A DNA stretch of 64,000 bases, from the NCBI GenBank assembly GCA_016718805.1, contig JADKCP010000004.1, positions 12,284-76,283 of the forward strand, written 5' to 3'. Positions 19,233 to 29,103 of this stretch are shown one piece after another. The notes beneath the pieces are model-generated. The model worked only from the letters and a program-made list of their open reading frames with translations. It had not been told where the DNA came from and made no database searches. The position numbers and the translations under genes were made by a program. Numbering within the stretch: the first letter of the stretch is position 1; each line of letters opens with the position of its first letter. This DNA is from Bacteroidota bacterium. GTDB taxonomy: Bacteria; Bacteroidota; Bacteroidia; UBA4408.

Positions 19233-20501
19233 TTAATAAATCGTACTTTGAAAGAATAAATATACAGCCGCTCCCGAAAGGAAGCCAAGAAGCGCTAAGC
19301 CTCCAATATTTTTTAAATACCAAACAAATTCAATCTTTTCGATACCCATCGCTGCAACTCCTGCAGCAGATCCAATAATTAAAATACTTCCTCCGGTACC
19401 GGAGCAATAAGCTAAGAATTCCCAGAAAAAATGATCCATTGGAAAATCATACATGCCCATCACTGCAGCAACTAAAGGAACATTATCTACCACAGCAGAT
19501 AGCAGTCCGATTAAAATACCAATCATCGCATGACTCTGAATTCTTGTATCAATGGTTTCTGCAAAATTACTCAATACATCAGCGGCTTCAAGGCTACTTA
19601 CTGCCAATAAAATTCCTAGAAAAAATAAAATACTTGGAACATCTATTCGCTGCAAGGCACGAGCTACTGAATACTGAACTTTATACTCGCTTTCCTTTTT
19701 TCGGTGCACTATTTCTACCAGCATCCATACTACACTTAATGCTAACAAAATCCCCATGTAAGGTGGCATGCCGCTAAGTGTTTTAAAAACCGGAACAAAC
19801 AATAAAAGCATGAGTGCCAAATAAAAAACCAGGTTCCGTTCCCAAACTTTCGTTTGCAAACTTTCGTTTTGAATCGATTTGTTAGGTGTTTGAACATTTC
19901 CTTTCAGTCGAAACGACAAATAAATTAAGGGTGTTAACAAACAAAATAAAGAGGGCAAAAACAATTTGAGCATGCAATTTTGCGCCGAAATTTGTCCACC
20001 AATCCATAGCATTGTAGTTGTAATATCGCCAATTGGTGACCAAGCTCCACCGGCATTTGCAGCAATAATAACCATACCTGCAAAATAACGTCTATCACTT
20101 GTGTCGCTCATTAATTTCCGCACCAGCGAAACCATTACAATGGCTGAAGTTAAATTATCAAGTAGGGCCGAAAGGAAAAAGGTGATTAACGAAACCATCC
20201 AAATCAGTTTTACTTTGTGTAATGTTTTTATCTGCGACGTAATTACATCAAAGCCATCATGGGCATCAATCAGTTCAACAATGGTCATTGCTCCCAGTAA
20301 AAAAAATAGTATTTCCGAAATACCCGACAAATGGTGGGTCAACGCAGGCATTGCTACTTGAGTTGATGCAATGCCTGTATAAATTACCCAGCAAAGCACA
20401 CCGGTAATTAGTGCGATTGCTGTTTTATTTATTTTGCTCCATTCTTCTATGGCTATTAAGCTATATCCAATACAAAATATAAGAATGAGTAAAGCTGTCA
20501 T
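19233..20501 (-). CDS. nhaD: Na+/H+ antiporter NhaD family
   Basis: LDNLTS, AANAGGAWSPIGDITT, SAVVDNVPLV and GTGGSILIIGSAAGV. Confidence 0.9.
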   Translation of the reverse strand: MTALLILIFCIGYSLIAIEEWSKINKTAIALITGVLCWVIYTGIASTQVAMPALTHHLSGISEILFFLLGAMTIVELIDAHDGFDVITSQIKTLHKVKLIWMVSLITFFLSALLDNLTSAIVMVSLVRKLMSDTSDRRYFAGMVIIAANAGGAWSPIGDITTTMLWIGGQISAQNCMLKLFLPSLFCLLTPLIYLSFRLKGNVQTPNKSIQNESLQTKVWERNLVFYLALMLLLFVPVFKTLSGMPPYMGILLALSVVWMLVEIVHRKKESEYKVQYSVARALQRIDVPSILFFLGILLAVSSLEAADVLSNFAETIDTRIQSHAMIGILIGLLSAVVDNVPLVAAVMGMYDFPMDHFFWEFLAYCSGTGGSILIIGSAAGVAAMGIEKIEFVWYLKNIGGLALLGFLSGAAVYLFFQSTIY

Positions 20502-20517
20502 TGTAAAATTTTAAAAA

Positions 20518-20525
20518 CAAATATA
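20518..20525 (-). promoter_or_regulatory. -7 promoter box of nhaD
   Basis: The minus strand reads TATATTTG, 16 nt before the ATG. Confidence 0.5.
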
Positions 20526-20611
20526 GGATTTCAGTTATCAGCAAATTGCAAAATTCGCTTTGCAAAAAATTTTTATATTAGTCGCATATTAACCAATCTA
20601 CTTCTATTGTT

Positions 20612-22087
20612 ATGGCAAATTTGTTTGTAAAAAAATCCCTCAATAAATTGATGACCGAAGCGGATGATACCGAAAAAGGCATGAAAAGAACCCTTAGTGC
20701 CGGTAACTTGGTTGCTTTGGGAATAGGTGCTATTATTGGCGCAGGACTTTTTGTTCGTACGGCAGCAGCAGCAGCTAATTATGCCGGACCAGCAGTTACC
20801 ATTGGATTTATTGTTGCCGGAATTGGTTGTGCTTTGGCCGGATTGTGTTATGCAGAATTTGCCAGCATGATTCCTATTGCTGGAAGCGCTTATACATACA
20901 GCTATGCAACGATGGGCGAATTCGTAGCCTGGATTATTGGGTGGGATTTGGTGTTGGAATATGCATTGGGAGCAGCCACAGTTAGTATTGCCTGGAGTGA
21001 ATACTTAAATAAATTGTTGCACATATTTTTTGATACGAGTATACCTTTTGAATGGTGCCATTCACCTTTTGAAGTATCGGCAAGCGGTGCATCCGGTTTG
21101 ATAAATTTACCGGCCTTATTTATTTTGTTCTTATTAACGGTATTATTGATAAGAGGCACAAAAGAATCAGCATTTGTAAACGGACTAATAGTAATAACAA
21201 AAGTTGCGATTGTTATTTTATTTATTGGATTTGGATGGTCGTTTATTAATCCCATGAATCATACACCCTATATACCTGAAGCTTCTTTGTTTACTGATTC
21301 ACAAGGAGTAACGCATAACTATGGCGGCATACTTGGAATACTTGGAGCTGCAGGAGTTGTATTTTTTGCCTTTATCGGATTTGATGCGGTGAGTACTGCT
21401 GCACAAGAAGCAAAAAATCCCAGAAAAGATATGCCTATCGGAATTTTAGGTTCTTTAGTGATTTGTACGATTTTGTACATTTTGTTTGCGCATGTTTTAA
21501 CCGGAATTGCTACAGTTGATGACTTTAGAACTCAAGGAAAAGAAGCTTCTGTTTCTTTCGCAATCGACCATTACATGACCGGCTTTGGTTGGTTAGCTAA
21601 GTTTGTAACCATTGCTATTCTTGCCGGATTTTCATCTGTTATTTTAGTGATGTTGATGGGACAATCACGTGTGTTTTATTCGATGAGCATGGATGGTTTA
21701 GTTCCAAAAATATTTTCAGAATTGCATCCAGTGTTTCGAACTCCTTATAAATCGAATTGGTTGTTTTTAATTTTTGTTGGAGTATTTGCAGCCTTTGTAC
21801 CTGGTGATATAGTAGGTGATATGACTAGTATTGGAACACTCTTCGCATTTATTTTAGTATGTGCCGGAGTTTGGATAATGCGTGTTAAACATCCCGAAAT
21901 AAAACGCGAGTTTACTACTCCACTAGTGCCATTGGTTCCAATTTTAGGTATCCTTGTATGTTCAGCCATGATTTATGGATTGGGATGGACTAATTGGTTG
22001 AGATTGGCTGTATGGATGGTTATTGGCTTGTTGATTTATTTTGTATACAGCGTTAAAAAAAGCAAATTGAATAATCCCGAAAATTAA
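20612..22087 (+). CDS. Amino acid permease (APC, cationic amino acid transporter-like)
   Basis: GIGAIIGAG, GLCYAEFASMIPIAGSAYTY and FFAFIGFDAVSTAAQEAKNP. Confidence 0.92.
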   Translation: MANLFVKKSLNKLMTEADDTEKGMKRTLSAGNLVALGIGAIIGAGLFVRTAAAAANYAGPAVTIGFIVAGIGCALAGLCYAEFASMIPIAGSAYTYSYATMGEFVAWIIGWDLVLEYALGAATVSIAWSEYLNKLLHIFFDTSIPFEWCHSPFEVSASGASGLINLPALFILFLLTVLLIRGTKESAFVNGLIVITKVAIVILFIGFGWSFINPMNHTPYIPEASLFTDSQGVTHNYGGILGILGAAGVVFFAFIGFDAVSTAAQEAKNPRKDMPIGILGSLVICTILYILFAHVLTGIATVDDFRTQGKEASVSFAIDHYMTGFGWLAKFVTIAILAGFSSVILVMLMGQSRVFYSMSMDGLVPKIFSELHPVFRTPYKSNWLFLIFVGVFAAFVPGDIVGDMTSIGTLFAFILVCAGVWIMRVKHPEIKREFTTPLVPLVPILGILVCSAMIYGLGWTNWLRLAVWMVIGLLIYFVYSVKKSKLNNPEN

Positions 22088-22106
22088 TTTTTTAATACGT
22101 TAGAGG

Positions 22107-22760
22107 ATGAAAAAAATTGGCATATTAGGTACCGGAACAGTAGGAAAAACTGTAGGTACTGCTCTAGTAAAATTAGGGTATGAAGTAAAAATGGGTTCGC
22201 GCAGCAGCGACAATGCCCTAGCAAAAGAATTTTCCGAAACCAATGGCTCAAAAGCCAGTAATGGAACATTTTCAGAAGCTGCTGAGTTTGGTGAAATCCT
22301 GTTTAATTGTACTTTGGGTATGGCTTCAATACAGGCCCTGAACCTTGCAGGAAAAAATGTTTTAAAGGGCAAAATATTAATTGATTTGAGTAATCCACTA
22401 GACTTTTCGAAAGGTATGCCTCCTAGTTTAAGTGTGTGTAATACTGATTCATTGGGGGAACAAATTCAAAAAGAGTTTGCTGATTTACAGGTAGTAAAAA
22501 CCTTGAATATTGTAAATTGCGAAGTGATGGTAAATCCATCAAAATCGGGTGGTGAGCCTACTATGTTTATATGTGGTAATGCGGCATCTGCTAAGGAACA
22601 AGTGCTGGAAATATTGCATCAATTCGGATGGAAAGATTGTATTGATTTGGGCGATATCAGCAATGCGCGAGGAATGGAAATGCTTTTACCACTTTGGGTT
22701 CGAACATACATTGCTACCAAGAATGGTTATTTTGGATTTAAGGTAATTCGTCAAGCTTAA
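22107..22760 (+). CDS. NADP-dependent oxidoreductase (F420-dependent NADP reductase-like family)
   Basis: Rossmann GILGTGTVG, GSRS, IDLSNPL, VVKTLN and D.GDI..AR..E. Confidence 0.82.
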   Translation: MKKIGILGTGTVGKTVGTALVKLGYEVKMGSRSSDNALAKEFSETNGSKASNGTFSEAAEFGEILFNCTLGMASIQALNLAGKNVLKGKILIDLSNPLDFSKGMPPSLSVCNTDSLGEQIQKEFADLQVVKTLNIVNCEVMVNPSKSGGEPTMFICGNAASAKEQVLEILHQFGWKDCIDLGDISNARGMEMLLPLWVRTYIATKNGYFGFKVIRQA

Positions 22761-22761
22761 C

Positions 22762-23217
22762 TTATTGAATTATTTTTTCAAGCAATTTTATTAATTCTTT
22801 AGCTTCCTTTTGGGTAAGCTGTGTAAGCGGCGTTTCTAACACATCAATATTTTGATCAATTTTAGCCAGTAATTTTAAGCCGTTTTTAGATATTCTAATT
22901 TCAACTTCACGGCGGTTATTTTCATTTAAACAACGATCAACATAACCCGCAATTCGCAAGCGTTCAACTATACGCGAAACATCGCTCATTTTATCCATCA
23001 TTCGCTCCTTAATCAACAATAGGTTACAAGCATTGGGTTGCTGCCCACGTAATATTCGCAGTACATTAAACTGTTGGAGCGTAATGTTATAATTTTTAAA
23101 AAAAGCATGATGTATTCCACTAACCTGGTTACACACATAAAAGAGCGCTACAGTTGCTTTATGGTAATCGTTGCGAAATTTTGATTGAACGATTGCTTCA
23201 GAAATAGTTTTCGTCAT
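22762..23217 (-). CDS. MarR family transcriptional regulator
   Basis: ITLQQFNVLRILRG, SDVSRIVERL and G.V.R......RR wing motif. The start is placed at MTKT. Confidence 0.9.
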   Translation of the reverse strand: MTKTISEAIVQSKFRNDYHKATVALFYVCNQVSGIHHAFFKNYNITLQQFNVLRILRGQQPNACNLLLIKERMMDKMSDVSRIVERLRIAGYVDRCLNENNRREVEIRISKNGLKLLAKIDQNIDVLETPLTQLTQKEAKELIKLLEKIIQ

Positions 23218-23262
23218 ACCTGCTATAGTTAATTGAAAGTTAAAATTAATAGAATTTAGCAA

Positions 23263-23294
23263 TAAAAAAAGGGTGCATTCAAATTATGCACCCT
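23263..23294 (-). terminator. Intrinsic terminator of yceI
   Basis: Stem AGGGTGCAT / ATGCACCCT with a T-run on the minus strand. Confidence 0.8.
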
Positions 23295-23315
23295 CTCTTA
23301 CTAAAACTAAACCAA

Positions 23316-23912
23316 TTATTTTCCTTTTACCAATTCCAAATTCACACTGATGCCCACTTCCTCGCCTACTAAAACTCCACCTGCTTCCAAAGCTGCATTC
23401 CATTTTAAATTATAATCCATGCGGTTAATCGACGACTTAGCTTTGAATCCTGCTACTGTCATTCCCCAAGGGTTTTTGCTGATTCCGAAATACACCACAT
23501 CAAATTTTACTTTTTTCGTTACGTCGCGAATGGTAAGATCACCTTCAAGTACATAATTATTTCCGGATACTTTTTTAAAGGAAGTTCCTTTAAATTTAAC
23601 TTGAGGAAATTTTTCAGCATTAAAAAAATCGTCGGACTTTAAATGTGCATCACGTTTTTCATCCTCTGTATTAATGCTATTCACATCAACAGTAAAGTTA
23701 ATTTGAGCATCGGTAAAATCTTCGTTTGTAGATACAACAGTTCCGTCGTACACTTTAAATTTACCATCCATTTCACTCATCATCATGTGAGCTACTGAAA
23801 ATTTTACTCCTGAGTGTGACTTATCCACTGCCCAGGCACTTACTTCAGGTTTTGCAACAGCAGTAGCGATAACGCTAACCAACATGCTTGCACTAAGAAT
23901 TAATTTTTTCAT
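23316..23912 (-). CDS. YceI family periplasmic lipid/polyisoprenoid-binding protein
   Basis: Signal peptide, W.VDKSHS.V.F.V.H, SINT....RD.HLKSDDFF and GDLTIRDVTK. The start is placed at MKKLILS. Confidence 0.92.
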   Translation of the reverse strand: MKKLILSASMLVSVIATAVAKPEVSAWAVDKSHSGVKFSVAHMMMSEMDGKFKVYDGTVVSTNEDFTDAQINFTVDVNSINTEDEKRDAHLKSDDFFNAEKFPQVKFKGTSFKKVSGNNYVLEGDLTIRDVTKKVKFDVVYFGISKNPWGMTVAGFKAKSSINRMDYNLKWNAALEAGGVLVGEEVGISVNLELVKGK

Positions 23913-23946
23913 TTTAGTATTTTTTAGTTGAATAATTTTAAGACTG

Positions 23947-23981
23947 CAAATATATGTTATAACTATTGATGTTGCAACATC
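23947..23981 (-). promoter_or_regulatory. yceI promoter with overlapping palindromic operator
   Basis: The -7 box TATATTTG is at 23947-23954 and the -33 TTG at 23975-23977. The perfect palindrome GATGTTGCAACATC at 23968-23981 covers the -33 element. Confidence 0.7.
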
Positions 23982-24181
23982 TTTATAATCATTTTTTGTA
24001 TCTATCTGTATTTCTGACATTTAAAATTATTTATACGATTTCCCCTTTCAACTTTTATCCCAAGTAATGAAAGTATATTTTTTTAGAACATTGGCTAAAA
24101 GAACATTTTTTTTGTACTATTTATTCAGTTTATCCTGACAAGTGTTAATTACTTTGTTTAAAGTCCTTCCGAACTATATAA

Positions 24182-24210
24182 TTTGACAGGCTAGACTTGT
24201 GCTATTTTTG
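24182..24210 (+). promoter_or_regulatory. Promoter of the GT2-ECF sigma-GNAT-rsmG run
   Basis: TTTG at 24182-24185 and TATTTTTG at 24203-24210. Confidence 0.55.
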
Positions 24211-24232
24211 TGCTTTAGAATAAACTAACACT

Positions 24233-25351
24233 ATGCCTATTTCACTTGGAGAGCTTGTTTTTGGAGCCTTTGTTTTTATAACCTTTATTCAATTGGTTTA
24301 TTATATATTTCTGTTTGGTCGTTTTGCTTTTCGCAAAGTAAATACCCGCAGTGTACAAAGTAATGAGCCTGTTTCCATTGTGATGTGTGCCAAAAATGAA
24401 GCTCAAAATTTACAAAAAAATTTACCCTTGTTTTTTGCACAAAACTACCCCGAATTTCAACTTGTAGTAGTGAATGATTGCTCATTAGATGAATCTGAAG
24501 ATATATTGGATGAGTTTGAAAAGAAATATCCCAATTTGCATGTAGTAAATTTAAAAGAAGATGAAATAAAGGAACACGATAAAAAACTAGCATTAACACT
24601 GGGAATCAAAGGAGCAAAGTACGAGTTACTCTTGTTAACTGATGCCGATTGCAGTCCGGCCGATGAGAATTGGATTAGCAGTATGGTGCGTAATTTTGAT
24701 GATAAAACAGCTATTGTTTTAGGATTTGGAGCCTTTAAAAAATCGGATGGCTTTTTAAATAAACTCATTCGCTTTGATGCTTTTTTTGTGGCACTTCAAT
24801 ACCTCTCCTTTTCACTAGCCAAATTAACCTATATGGGAGTAGGCAGAAATTTAGCCTATCGAAAATCCCTTTTCTTTAAGCACAAAGGTTTCGCCTCGCA
24901 CTACCATATCCAATCAGGTGATGATGATTTATTTATTAATGGGGCCGCCACTAAATTTAATACTCAAATAGAATTTAGCAGAAGTAGCTTTACCTATTCA
25001 GAACCTAAAAAAACCTTTCGTACCTGGGTCAATCAAAAGAAACGACACATTACTACTGCCAAGCACTACAAGTCGATACATAAATTTTTATTGAGTACTT
25101 TTTCAGTGAGTACGCTGTTGTTTTACCTCCTTTTTGTTGCGTTGATAATTCTACACTTTCCTTTGCATCTGGTGCTTTCACTCTTTTTTATACGAATGTT
25201 GGTACAAATGATTATTTTTAGAAAATCAATGGTAAAACTGGAGCAAAAAGATGTATGGTGGTTATCATTCTTCTTTGAAATTTTGCTCTTATTGTTTTAT
25301 CCTTTTATTTTCGTATCCAACATATTTGTAAAAAAGCATAAATGGAAGTAG
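24233..25351 (+). CDS. Membrane glycosyltransferase family 2
   Basis: SIVMCAKNE, VVNDCS, LTDADC, SGDDDLF, a Q-K-K-R-H motif, and N- and C-terminal TM segments. Confidence 0.88.
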   Translation: MPISLGELVFGAFVFITFIQLVYYIFLFGRFAFRKVNTRSVQSNEPVSIVMCAKNEAQNLQKNLPLFFAQNYPEFQLVVVNDCSLDESEDILDEFEKKYPNLHVVNLKEDEIKEHDKKLALTLGIKGAKYELLLLTDADCSPADENWISSMVRNFDDKTAIVLGFGAFKKSDGFLNKLIRFDAFFVALQYLSFSLAKLTYMGVGRNLAYRKSLFFKHKGFASHYHIQSGDDDLFINGAATKFNTQIEFSRSSFTYSEPKKTFRTWVNQKKRHITTAKHYKSIHKFLLSTFSVSTLLFYLLFVALIILHFPLHLVLSLFFIRMLVQMIIFRKSMVKLEQKDVWWLSFFFEILLLLFYPFIFVSNIFVKKHKWK

Positions 25352-25950
25352 GACAAAACTTATCGGAGAAAGCATTATACGATTACAACCTTGTGCGAAA
25401 AGCACTAGATACTGGTGATCAAAAGGCGTATGCCGAGTTAATGGAGCGCTATCGCGATTCAGTATACTTTATGCTTTTAAAAATGATTAATAACAAAGAC
25501 GATGCTGATGATTTAACTATTGAAGCATTTGGAAAAGCATTTCATCGTTTACACCAGTATACACCTACTTATGCCTTTAGTACCTGGTTATTTAAGATTG
25601 CTTCCAATAATTGCATTGATTTTATTCGCAAAAAGAAAACGAATACTTTTAGTTTAGACAAACCTTTTGAAAATGATGAAGGTGGAGAAATGAGCATTGA
25701 TGTAAAAGCGGATGTGCTTGACCCCGAAGAAAAGGTAATGAAAAAGGAAAAAATTAAGTTAATGCGGGATGTTGTCGACAAATTAAAACCACGTTACCGA
25801 AACTTAATTGAACTGCGTTATTTTGATGAACTTTCTTACGAAGAAATATCTGACAAACTTGAGTTACCTATTGGTACCGTAAAAGCACAGCTGTTCAGAG
25901 CACGTGAATTTTTATACAATTTCTTGAAAGACACCCAAGGAAGAATTTAA
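25342..25950 (+). CDS. ECF RNA polymerase sigma-70 factor
   Basis: Region 2 DADDLTIEAF...FSTWLFKIASN.CIDFIRK and region 4 SYEEIS..LELPIGTVKAQLFRAR. Confidence 0.93.
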   Translation: MEVGQNLSEKALYDYNLVRKALDTGDQKAYAELMERYRDSVYFMLLKMINNKDDADDLTIEAFGKAFHRLHQYTPTYAFSTWLFKIASNNCIDFIRKKKTNTFSLDKPFENDEGGEMSIDVKADVLDPEEKVMKKEKIKLMRDVVDKLKPRYRNLIELRYFDELSYEEISDKLELPIGTVKAQLFRAREFLYNFLKDTQGRI

Positions 25951-25965
25951 TTATTTACTTGAGGA

Positions 25966-26499
25966 ATGAAATCAATTCTTGAAACAAAACGCTTGCTTTT
26001 GCGAGAATTTTATGTTGCTGATGCTTCCTTTTTTTTAGAATTAAACGCATCACCCGAAGTGCTAAAGTACACAGGCGACAAACCATTTGAGAGCCTTGAC
26101 GCTGCTAAAATATTTCTTCAAAATTATTCCGAATATCAGTTACATGGCATGGGACGTTGGTTGTGCATGCATAAAGAATCCCTAAGTCCAATTGGTTGGT
26201 GTGGACTTCGGTTCCAAACAACAACCAAGGAAGTTGATTTAGGATTTCGATTCTTACAAAAATACTGGAATATGGGATTTGCTACCGAAGCTGCAAAAGC
26301 TTGCATTAGCTATGGTTTTGAGAAGCTACAGTTGAACGAAATTATAGGTCGCGCAATGTTTCAGAATAAAGCATCTATCGTTGTTTTGGAAAAAATCGGA
26401 ATGAATTTTATTGGAAATTTTGAATTTGAATTGCATCCGGGTGCAAAGTATTCAATTCGTAAAAATGACTATCTTCAACAACAAGCCAATGCTGAGTAG
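25966..26499 (+). CDS. GNAT family acetyltransferase (RimJ/RimL-like)
   Basis: LETKRLLLR, IGWCGL, DLGFRF...YWNMGFATEAA and N.AS..VLEKIGM. Confidence 0.88.
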   Translation: MKSILETKRLLLREFYVADASFFLELNASPEVLKYTGDKPFESLDAAKIFLQNYSEYQLHGMGRWLCMHKESLSPIGWCGLRFQTTTKEVDLGFRFLQKYWNMGFATEAAKACISYGFEKLQLNEIIGRAMFQNKASIVVLEKIGMNFIGNFEFELHPGAKYSIRKNDYLQQQANAE

Positions 26500-27118
26500 T
26501 GCCCTGATTGAATTTTATTTCCCTAATTTAAGTCCCTTGCAAAAGCAACAATTTTCGCAATTGCAAGCACTGTACGAAGAATGGAATGCACAAATAAATG
26601 TGGTATCGCGAAAAGATATTGATTTGCTTTATGAGCGACATGTATTGCATTCGTTGGGTATTGCAAAGGTGATTCAATTTAAGCCCGGAACAAAATTGTT
26701 GGATGTAGGCACAGGGGGCGGATTTCCAGGAATACCGCTCGCTATTTTATTCCCTGAATGCAGTTTCCATTTGATAGATTCTATAGGTAAAAAAATAAAA
26801 GTGGTGAAAGCTGTTGCTGAAGCACTGAATTTACAAAACATCTATGCCGAGCAAATTAGAGCAGATGAAGTAAAAGATACGTTTGATTTTGTGATAAGTC
26901 GCGCAGTTACAGCCTTCCCTGAGTTTTATTCCTGGATTAAAAACAAGGTAAAAACAGGAAATTTCAATACTCTCCCTAATGGTATACTTTATTTAAAAGG
27001 GGGCGATTTAAGTGAAGAGCTAAAAGATTATCGTTCCAAAATAGTTGAATTTCCGCTTTCATCTTATTTTGAAGGCGAGTTTTTTAAAACTAAAAAAGTG
27101 ATATACTTTCCTTTTTAA
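26489..27118 (+). CDS. rsmG: 16S rRNA m7G527 methyltransferase
   Basis: WNAQINVVSRKD, HVLHSL, DVGTGGGFPGIPLAI, IDSIGKK and SRAV. The start is placed at MLSS. Confidence 0.95.
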   Translation: MLSSALIEFYFPNLSPLQKQQFSQLQALYEEWNAQINVVSRKDIDLLYERHVLHSLGIAKVIQFKPGTKLLDVGTGGGFPGIPLAILFPECSFHLIDSIGKKIKVVKAVAEALNLQNIYAEQIRADEVKDTFDFVISRAVTAFPEFYSWIKNKVKTGNFNTLPNGILYLKGGDLSEELKDYRSKIVEFPLSSYFEGEFFKTKKVIYFPF

Positions 27119-27147
27119 CTCAGAAAATAAATTCAAATTAAATCGGG

Positions 27148-28083
27148 CTATTTCCTTTTTGGATGATAGGTTTTTAAATGACGCTCTTTTTTACTTTCGT
27201 AAATATCCGCTATGGTCACTAAAATTCCGGTTTCTTCAACTTCACCAAAGGTACTGTTGAGTGCAGTTCCAAAACTTTTCATGGTAGGCGATAAATTCAT
27301 GTAGGTATTCACTAATGGAGGAATATGTTCATTTAATTCACCCACTTCATGCTTTAATACTTTGTATCCTTCTTTGTAATCAAGTCCTTTAAAAAGTGAT
27401 TCCAAATAATTTACATCGCTCGTTAATGGCAATGGTTGCTTGGGGCGGAGCAAATTATCCGGATCGGGAAAGTAGTTTTTCAAGAAATACAAAATCATAT
27501 CTCTTGCTTGTACATTAAAATGGCGGTACATGGTTACCTTTCCGTAAAAATATTTTATATCCGGATTGTCTACAGTAATGGCCCCTAATCCGTCCCAGAT
27601 GTTGTCAAGTGAAAACAAGCCTTTACGATTACCTGCTGTTGGTTGAAAATTAGGCTGTACAAAAGAACGCCCCAGTTCAATGGTTACCGGTAAAATTTCG
27701 TTCACAAACTTGGCTGATAAATCAAACAGGCCGCTGGTAGCTAGTTGCAAATTTCCATTTTGATCACGATCGGCATCACCACATCGCATGTAGCGGTAAC
27801 CACCAACTACTTCTTTGTATTCAGGATTCCACACCACCAATTGCTGATAAGGATTAGGACGCGTATCAAAAGTATCTATGTCCATTTCTTTACCTGTACC
27901 TCCACCTGCATTACGAAAAGTAACTTCACGCAAACGCGCAATTTCACGCATTAAGTTTGGCGAATTGTGGTAAGTAACACTATAAATCAAATTTTTTCCA
28001 TTGTTTGTATTTCGAACAAACTTTTCTTCAGTAAGTTCGGCTTCAATAAGCGCAACATCAACGGGAGAAATAATTGGCTGCAT
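27148..28083 (-). CDS. GNAT-type N-acyltransferase (OlsB/GlsB/ChoA-like; probable N-acylglycine synthase)
   Basis: EIARLREVTFR.AGGGTG...DID.FD, VVGGYR, ELGRSF, DNIWDGLG and IPPLVN.YM match the Bacteroidota amino-lipid N-acyltransferase family. Confidence 0.8.
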   Translation of the reverse strand: MQPIISPVDVALIEAELTEEKFVRNTNNGKNLIYSVTYHNSPNLMREIARLREVTFRNAGGGTGKEMDIDTFDTRPNPYQQLVVWNPEYKEVVGGYRYMRCGDADRDQNGNLQLATSGLFDLSAKFVNEILPVTIELGRSFVQPNFQPTAGNRKGLFSLDNIWDGLGAITVDNPDIKYFYGKVTMYRHFNVQARDMILYFLKNYFPDPDNLLRPKQPLPLTSDVNYLESLFKGLDYKEGYKVLKHEVGELNEHIPPLVNTYMNLSPTMKSFGTALNSTFGEVEETGILVTIADIYESKKERHLKTYHPKRK

Positions 28084-28090
28084 AGTTTAA

Positions 28091-28954
28091 TTAATTACTT
28101 TTTGTTTGGGCTAATTGGTAAACTTCCTTTTTCACTTCTTGTGCCCATTCCAAGTCGCTCTTTTCAGAAGTAAAAGTGGCAAAGGGAATGGGTTTTCCAA
28201 AGATAACAGTAATTGTTTTATTTCGTTGTCGAAACATTTCATCAGCTAAAAAAAACATTTCAATATTTGCTTTTATTCCCAGTTTAGTTCGCCATCGAGC
28301 CAGGTTGTAAAAACGATTTGAATTTTTTCCGCTTACAAACAATGGAACAATATTTCGTTGGTGCTTTTTAGCTTTGGTTATAAAACTTTTTTTCCATTCT
28401 AAATCTACAATTTCACCAGCATCATTCTTTCGAGACACTAATCCTGCAGGATAAATAAAAATTGCTTGCTCAGAAGCATAGGCCTCATCAATATCGTTGA
28501 GTATTTTTACTGAATTTTTACCGTGCTTATTTACACCAACAAAAAGTGGTTTCAAATTTTTTAAATGCAACAAAATATCGTTCACAATAAACTTTACATC
28601 GCTACGCACATGGTGTATCGAATCTAATATTACCATGGCATCAAAGCCGCCCAATGGATGATTGGAAGCAAAAACGGCACCTCCACTTTTGGGTATATTT
28701 TCGAGTCCTATAATTTGAACCTTAACATTAAAATAATTTACAACAGCGGTTGAAAAAGCAAATCCGTCATCGGTACGATGCTCGAATAAAAAAGCATTTA
28801 TTTCGTCCTCGTGTATAATTCGCTTGATATAATTGAGAAGAAAACGAGGAAGAAACTTTAAAAGCTTTGGATTCTTGCTACGAATTAATTCTTCACTGTC
28901 GATAGTTTTAGTGAATTTCTCAGTAGTTGTAGTTGATGTTGTGTAACTATTCAT
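28091..28954 (-). CDS. PlsC-like acyltransferase (GlsA/OlsA-like O-acyltransferase)
   Basis: Catalytic NHPLGGFD (HX4D), IYPAGLVSR and W.KSFI. It lies 7 nt upstream of the N-acyltransferase. Confidence 0.82.
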   Translation of the reverse strand: MNSYTTSTTTTEKFTKTIDSEELIRSKNPKLLKFLPRFLLNYIKRIIHEDEINAFLFEHRTDDGFAFSTAVVNYFNVKVQIIGLENIPKSGGAVFASNHPLGGFDAMVILDSIHHVRSDVKFIVNDILLHLKNLKPLFVGVNKHGKNSVKILNDIDEAYASEQAIFIYPAGLVSRKNDAGEIVDLEWKKSFITKAKKHQRNIVPLFVSGKNSNRFYNLARWRTKLGIKANIEMFFLADEMFRQRNKTITVIFGKPIPFATFTSEKSDLEWAQEVKKEVYQLAQTKSN

Positions 28955-28983
28955 TCCTGCATTGATTCCTTTATAATCTGTTT

Positions 28984-28991
28984 CAAAGTTA
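28984..28991 (-). promoter_or_regulatory. -7 promoter box of the acyltransferase pair
   Basis: The minus strand reads TAACTTTG. Confidence 0.55.
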
Positions 28992-29103
28992 GAAAATGAA
29001 ACGATTTTTTAATGCACTCGCTGATATTCGTCAATTTGTTGCAAAATACTTTTTGAAAGAAATATCTTTACCTCTGATTAATTAAATTTAAAAGTAGCAC
29101 ACT

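Noticed and set aside
23913-24020. 36-aa extension of YceI in the ORF track
   Set aside because: It spans the promoter and operator. The signal peptide starts at MKKLILS.
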